A stretch of 64,000 nucleotides of DNA from NCBI GenBank assembly GCA_965261545.1, contig CBDHDF010000010.1:32001-96000 (forward strand), written 5' to 3'. Made by a program: the position numbers and the translations under genes. Below, one piece after another: positions 58,545 through 64,000 of the stretch. Within the stretch, counting starts at the first letter, position 1, and each line of letters starts with the position of its first letter. The notes below the pieces were generated by a model. The model was not told the DNA's origin. It was given only the letters and a program-made list of their open reading frames with translations, and searched no databases. Origin of the DNA: Bdellovibrionales bacterium. Its GTDB lineage: Bacteria > Bdellovibrionota > Bdellovibrionia > Bdellovibrionales > UBA1609.

Positions 58545-60011
58545 ATGATTAGTCAATACACTTTCGGCCGCATTCGTGACCTGAGTCACAGTGGTAAAAA
58601 TAAGACAGAAATATCTCGTGAATTAGGGATCAATCGTAAGACGGTGCGCAAGTACTGTGAGTCCAACACCCCACCGAAGTACAAGGCGAGGTCCAAAAGA
58701 ACTCGCCCAGATCCCCTTAATGGATATATGGATCGGGTGAAGTACTTTTTGAAGTTGAACCCAAGTAACACCGCCCGTGAAATATATGAGCTATTAGTTG
58801 AGGAGGGTTATCGTGGGAGTGAGAGAACGGTTCAGAGAAGAGTTTGTGAGATTCTTGGTTCTCGCCCCAAGGAGCGTTTTTTCAGCCAAAGATATGATCC
58901 TGGAGAACAGGCTCAGTTTGATTTTAAGGAGAAGGTTGCTTTACCATTTGCCGATGGTGTTCAGATCGTTCATCTCCATTTTGGAACATTGCCTTGTAGT
59001 GGCACCTGTTGGGTTCGTGCCTACCCCTTTCTTGTCTATGAGTGTTTCATCGATGGGGTGCATGCTTTTTTTGAAAAGATAGGTGGGATGAGTGCGAACA
59101 TCCGTATTGATAATTTATCTCCCTGTGTGAAGAAAGTTCTTAAAGGAAATCAGCGAATTTACACCCAATCTTTTGATCGAGCCATCCAATACTATGGATT
59201 TAAGGTTCTTCCCTGCCGCGCAGGGAAGGGCTCTGACAAGGGAGATGTGGAGCGTGATATTCGAACCTTCAGTTCTCGGATAAAAAATATTGTTAGAAAC
59301 AAAGGAATTGTTTTTAAAGACTGGGATCATTTGAATCAGTTTTTAGAGTCTTATATGGATCAGCATCAGAGTGACTCCACCAAATCTCGCTTTGAGGAGG
59401 AGGCCAAAGTTCTTAAGCCTTTGCCTCCACGAGATGAAGATATTCTCTGTAAGGTGAATATTTGTCAAAGTAATGGTTATGGGACTTTGAGAATAGGTAA
59501 AACCACATATTCCATACCTGATGAGGTGATCCAAGCTCCCTGTAAAACCGTACAGGGTCCCTATCATGTCACGATCTATCGTGCAGGAGGGAAGCAAGAA
59601 ATTGTCGCTCGCCATCAAAGAAAACCTGATGGGGAGCATAGTCTTCTTCTTGAACATATCCTTCCCTCTTTAGTTCGTAAGCCGCAAGCCATGGTAAGAT
59701 GGGCTCACCGATCCATTCTTTTTCCAACAAATGTGTTTGAAAATTTTTATCAATACCTCAAGCAACAAGATTCAAGCCGTGCCGAGCATGAATATTTAAG
59801 AGTTATCAACTTGATTCAGCATGTGAGTTGGCAGGACTTATCTACAGCCATGGAGCTTCAATTAGAAAGTCGTGAGATTTTCGACTTTAAATCCATAAAA
59901 GATTTGCTCTTAGGCAATCCCACCAAAATTAATTTGAATGACCAACAAAAACCACTTCAACCTAGATTGTCTCAATATGACAGTCTTGTTCCAAACATAG
60001 GAGGTTCTTAA
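58545..60011 (+). CDS. istA: IstA transposase
   Basis: HTH NKTEISRELGINRKTVRKY and DDE motifs; ATG after GAGGAGG. Confidence 0.93.
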   Translation: MISQYTFGRIRDLSHSGKNKTEISRELGINRKTVRKYCESNTPPKYKARSKRTRPDPLNGYMDRVKYFLKLNPSNTAREIYELLVEEGYRGSERTVQRRVCEILGSRPKERFFSQRYDPGEQAQFDFKEKVALPFADGVQIVHLHFGTLPCSGTCWVRAYPFLVYECFIDGVHAFFEKIGGMSANIRIDNLSPCVKKVLKGNQRIYTQSFDRAIQYYGFKVLPCRAGKGSDKGDVERDIRTFSSRIKNIVRNKGIVFKDWDHLNQFLESYMDQHQSDSTKSRFEEEAKVLKPLPPRDEDILCKVNICQSNGYGTLRIGKTTYSIPDEVIQAPCKTVQGPYHVTIYRAGGKQEIVARHQRKPDGEHSLLLEHILPSLVRKPQAMVRWAHRSILFPTNVFENFYQYLKQQDSSRAEHEYLRVINLIQHVSWQDLSTAMELQLESREIFDFKSIKDLLLGNPTKINLNDQQKPLQPRLSQYDSLVPNIGGS

Positions 60012-60793
60012 TGAATCACGAAGAACTTATAGGTTCTCTTAAAAAACTCCGACTTCCAGCGATGGCGGATGAATATGTTGCAACGGCTAGAGTTGCCGAA
60101 AAAACAAAAAAGACGTATGAACAGTATTTAGGTATACTCGTTCAAAATGAGCTTGCTGACAAGCATTCCCAGAGAGTGAAAAGATTGCTTAAGGGGGCCA
60201 AGCTTCCTCAACTTAAATCACTCCAAACTTATAACTTCCAGAAAAGAACGGGAGTGACAGCTCAGCAAATTAATCGGATGGCAGAGGGAGAGTGGGTCAG
60301 AAAAGCCTGTAATGTTGTGTTTTACGGAAGCTTTGGAATGGGGAAAAGTCATTTGGCCATGTCCCTAGTTCGTTCACTCTGTGAACAAGGCTATCGATGT
60401 TTATGGGTCACCACTCATGAACTTATTGAAACAATGCGTGAAAGCAAGAAAGAACTCTCATTGAATGCTCTTTTTAAGAAATTAGACCGTTTTGATCTTA
60501 TTGCTTGTGATGAACTTGGCTATACAGCTTCCTGCACAGAGGGTGCTGATCTTTTCTTTCAATTCATATCTCAGCGATATGAAAGGAAAAGTCTCATGAT
60601 CACTACAAACTTAACTTACTCTGAATGGGATAAGGTGTTTCTTAACCCTATTACCACCGCTGCTGCTGTTGATCGAATTATTCACAACTGTGAAACCCTC
60701 AACATTGAAGGAAAAGAAAGTTGGAGAACCGAATCGGCAAAAGCCAAGTCTAAACAGAGCAAAGAGGAAAGTTCAACCAAAGAAGTTCATTAG
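60011..60793 (+). CDS. istB: IstB ATPase
   Basis: Two aa differences from 6202..6984. Confidence 0.95.
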   Translation: MNHEELIGSLKKLRLPAMADEYVATARVAEKTKKTYEQYLGILVQNELADKHSQRVKRLLKGAKLPQLKSLQTYNFQKRTGVTAQQINRMAEGEWVRKACNVVFYGSFGMGKSHLAMSLVRSLCEQGYRCLWVTTHELIETMRESKKELSLNALFKKLDRFDLIACDELGYTASCTEGADLFFQFISQRYERKSLMITTNLTYSEWDKVFLNPITTAAAVDRIIHNCETLNIEGKESWRTESAKAKSKQSKEESSTKEVH

Positions 60794-60820
60794 AGATCCC
60801 CACTTTTGGGGAAGGAACTC

Positions 60821-60918
60821 GCCAGTTATCCACAAAATTTATCCACAGCAGCACTGCGTTGCTAGACATCGGGGTCACAGCCGCAGTGTCGCCATGGATA
60901 AATTTATGGATAACTGGC
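60821..60918. repeat. 98-bp DnaA-box palindrome (copy 3)
   Basis: Identical to 7012-7109. Confidence 0.85.
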
Positions 60919-61717
60919 TTTTACCGTACTATTTGCTCGTCACTCTCGCGGAGCTTTAGACATTAGCTGCGCCAAAGGAATCCTGAAAAATACTCCATTT
61001 ACCTCTGCCATAGGGCTGAAGGATGCATTTGGGGTCATGCCAAAAGTGGTGGGCAGAAAATCATTCCTCAGAATCTTGTGGCATAGTCCGAGTTAAATGA
61101 TGAGCAAAATAAAGACACTTGACTAAACTCTGAACGAAGAATAACTAAATCAGTACATCATCAACTGGCCGTTTTTCATTGGCGACGGCTTCTAAAAATG
61201 GCCAATTTTAATTGGCGCCTAACATCCATAGATCAAATTAAGAAGATGAAGGCTAAGAATCATCGCAAATATATGGTGGCCATTGAAAAGAACAAACAAA
61301 GCTTGGCTCGGACTGTATAGTCTGGGCTTTGCCCTTAACTCCAAGAGAGGTCTTACTTTTTAACTCACAGGCTTCAAGGAAAGTTGCTTCTCAGCCACCA
61401 CTGATTTCGCCACAACTTCTCAAGGAACTCCAAGCCATCTGAATCTGGGCTATGGACGATGCTCATAAGTTCCAGAATATCACCTCTCACGTCCGCCAGA
61501 CGCTCTCCTGACCAAAGGGGTGGGAGAAAAGAGAAGGGCCGAGCTATTTATCCTTTCTATTCCCATCTTAAAATCAGTGGTGACTATAAATGAGTCGCCG
61601 TTATAATCCAGTGTTTAATCAAGCCTACGAATTGAAATGCTTTACCCCGTTCGCCGGGGAGCCGGGGATTGGCGATGTACTTGACTTTTGGCGTCCTCAA
61701 TGATTCTTCTCATACAT

Positions 61718-61972
61718 ATGTCCAGACTAGAAAATTTGTCATATATTGATTTTGAAGAACTTTGCCGTGATCTTGCTGAAAAAGAAACTGATTACCGATT
61801 CTCTGCATTTGGATCAGGCCCTGATGGTGGTATCGATGGTCGCTATTCAGAAGGAGGTGAAACAATAATACTCCAGTGTAAACATTATGCTAGATCAGAT
61901 TTTTCAAAACTGAAGACTGCACTTAAAGAAGAGCTTGAGAAAATAAAGAAACTTAATCCGATGGTTTCTTGA
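61718..61972 (+). pseudogene. Truncated Mrr-like restriction-endonuclease domain
   Basis: DFEELCRDL, GPDGGIDG, LQCKHY; cut after 84 aa by IS91-like sequence. Confidence 0.7.
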
Positions 61973-62303
61973 GAACCCAGCGTGAATCTGGCCACCATGA
62001 AAAGCTTGTGGCCTTTAGCTGCAAGCGTCGAGGCTTCTGCCCAAACTGCGGCGCAAGAAGAATGGCTGAAAGTGAGCCCGCTTAGTCGATGAAGTTTTCC
62101 CCCAAAAAACCTACGGCAATGGATCCTTAGCTTTCCTTTTCAAATAAGATTCCCCTTTGCCAAAAATCCAAAGGTTATGGGGAGAGGTCTTGGCCATCGT
62201 TCACCGAGCCATTTCCACCTACCTTATCAGAAAGGCTGGTCTTACCAAAAAATCAGGAGCCAAGATAGGCTCTGTCACCTTCATTCAACGCTTTGGAGGA
62301 AGC
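61962..62303 (+). pseudogene. IS91-family (Y2) transposase fragment, frameshifted
   Basis: AFSCKRRGFCPNCGARRMAE, LVDEVFP, RQWILSFP, GSVTFIQRFG across frames. Confidence 0.75.
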
Positions 62304-62543
62304 AGCAAACCACTAACTGAGCTTGAAAAAAATCTATTTCTGCATTTTAGGATCTTCTAGCATGACTGGTGGATTTCTAAAAAAGACCTTTTATTCTTCC
62401 TATTCCCTTTAGTAAATGGATAAAACTCCGATCTATTTCTTGTATGAACTGTTTACTAAAGACCGTAGAAATGTGCCCTTGCCAGAAGATTTGTAATTGT
62501 TAGGCGACAATCAAATTTGGCCATTTCTGTAAAAGGGGAATGT

Positions 62544-63158
62544 ATGTTTATTATAAAAAAAGCTGTATTAATATATTTGTTTGTTTGGCTATGCGCTTGT
62601 GCAAAGGACTCTACAGATTCAAACTCTAGCCATAATCCTCCTCCTACACTTTCGTCTCAGGTGAAAGTAAGTATCAATGGGAAGCCGCGAGTGTCGACAA
62701 ATAAGAAGAGGATGCCTCTTCCTGGAACAAACCCCATTGAGTACGAAGAGGTAACTCCTCCCCACTTTAGTTTTGTTCTCAGTATTGAAAATAAAGCCAG
62801 TCAAACACTGGTTGTGACGGGCTTTGTTTTAGAGATATCTAAAAATAATAGCCGGAAAGGTGAGGCTCCTACGGCCACCCAAGAATATCTTCCTTCGGAT
62901 TGTGTTTATGAGGAGAATAAAAACCCCTGCGATCTTGTGGATCCCAACACCTATGCTGTTTTGGCACCAGGAAGTGATGTGCATACTCTTCCCATTGTGT
63001 TCTATGTCCAGAGTCTTCCCGAAAATGATAATAGTTTTGTTTATCACGTCAAGTTGGAGCTCTTGGGTTTTTTTAGTGATGAAAGGGACCCAGCCCAGGC
63101 TATTCTCAACGAAAGTGAGCGGTTTGAAGGAAATTTTATTATATTTTCTACCGAATGA
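62544..63158 (+). CDS. Lipoprotein of unknown function
   Basis: MFIIKKAVLIYLFVWLCAC lipobox; AGGGG RBS. Confidence 0.7.
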   Translation: MFIIKKAVLIYLFVWLCACAKDSTDSNSSHNPPPTLSSQVKVSINGKPRVSTNKKRMPLPGTNPIEYEEVTPPHFSFVLSIENKASQTLVVTGFVLEISKNNSRKGEAPTATQEYLPSDCVYEENKNPCDLVDPNTYAVLAPGSDVHTLPIVFYVQSLPENDNSFVYHVKLELLGFFSDERDPAQAILNESERFEGNFIIFSTE

Positions 63159-63563
63159 GTGAATATGAGTGTTACAGGGTTCTGTTCGCCGAAAAGGTTT
63201 CGTCTCAATCAACCACTATTGGCTAAAGCCGATAGTTTGGGAACACGCTTGCAAAGAAAATTTTAGGCGTAAACGCCTTAGTCAGTACTCACTTATTTTA
63301 AAATCACCTTTTTTGTGATACTTTTCTTTGTTCTTCTATACCTTCCTGAAATCCCCTTCAGTTATGACTAGGTTTCAGGACCAAAGGCTTGCATAAACCA
63401 AGACCTAAGACCTGCCTTCAATGAGAAGAATAGTGGCCATTATTTTTTTTGTATACTCAAAATAAATAAATCTTTGCCTCCTTTGTTTCTTTTCGACTGG
63501 ATTAAGGTATGGAAACTGAAGTACAATTTCATTATGAGGACAGGCTCTAAAGCAACGAATACA

Positions 63564-64000
63564 CTATATTTTAAACCTGTGATCCACATGAGTTCCTATG
63601 TTAAAGGTTGAGTAAATAGTCTTCTGCTTCCCTGATATTTCTCCCAAAACGACCTTACCTGTTGCTAACTTATAAAATTTCAAGCGATCTAATATTTTAT
63701 AGACTTCATCTTTTGAAAAATCTTTATAAAGTTCCTTTTCTTTCATTACATGATCGATCCATGAAATTAGAATCAAGGCTATAAAGTTAATAAAAAGACT
63801 TCCTTTCATATTTTGAAGAGAATGCATTCTATTTCTTTTTTCATTAAGATTATGCTTTAAAGAGAAGAATATTTTTTCTATACTATCTTTGTTTCTATAC
63901 AAAGATAGTACCTCATCCCTAGAGATATTTATCTTAGAATCTGTTAGAAGGATGACGCACCCCATGCGATTGATTTCTACCTCAAGATCATCCACATTTC
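63564..64000 (-). CDS. IS1634-family transposase, C-terminal part (runs off window)
   Basis: ILLTD, LSLYRNKDSIEKIFFSLK, GSLFINFIALIL. Confidence 0.8.
   Translation of the reverse strand, partial: NVDDLEVEINRMGCVILLTDSKINISRDEVLSLYRNKDSIEKIFFSLKHNLNEKRNRMHSLQNMKGSLFINFIALILISWIDHVMKEKELYKDFSKDEVYKILDRLKFYKLATGKVVLGEISGKQKTIYSTFNIGTHVDHRFKI

Larger units (their letters stand above)
57977..61224 (+). mobile_element. IS21-family element A, complete copy
   Basis: Ends TGTTAGCTGACAATTAAAATG / CAATTTTAATTGGCGCCTAACA with repeated GTCGCCAAT motifs; no target duplication seen. Confidence 0.9.

Noticed and set aside
61230..61700. Possible tRNA, att site or structured RNA
   Set aside because: Short hairpins are present, but no cloverleaf or matching direct repeat at the other ICE end could be found by eye.

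Overview
The window has three parts. (1) 1-20.5 kb is a nested insertion-sequence graveyard: an ISNCY/IS5-like element, three kinds of IS4-family element (one with a SEC-C passenger gene, one encoding a DUF4338/DruA-like domain fused to the transposase) and three different IS21 elements, resolved by terminal inverted repeats and target-site duplications. It ends with a truncated int/xis copy, a RES-Xre toxin-antitoxin pair and a group II intron remnant. (2) 20.6-58 kb is an ICE-like element: tyrosine integrase, excisionase, MOBP-type relaxase/MobC and a reduced F-like tra operon (traA/L/E/K/B/V/C/H/G). The operon is unusual in carrying a PilB/GspE-type ATPase and a coupling protein fused through an internal signal peptide to a Cys-rich TraU-like domain. 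It appears to be read from a sigma-54 promoter next to a divergent enhancer-binding response regulator/histidine kinase operon. traG is IS-disrupted and two tra genes have single-base homopolymer frameshifts. (3) 58-64 kb holds a complete IS21 copy, fragments (restriction-nuclease domain, IS91-like, IS1634) and a lipoprotein gene. Most notable non-coding signals: a 98-bp DnaA-box hairpin shared by two unrelated IS21 elements, and a 10 x 23-bp expansion of an IS21 end repeat. All family calls come from motif recognition by eye, not database searches. No rRNA, tRNA or CRISPR array was recognised.
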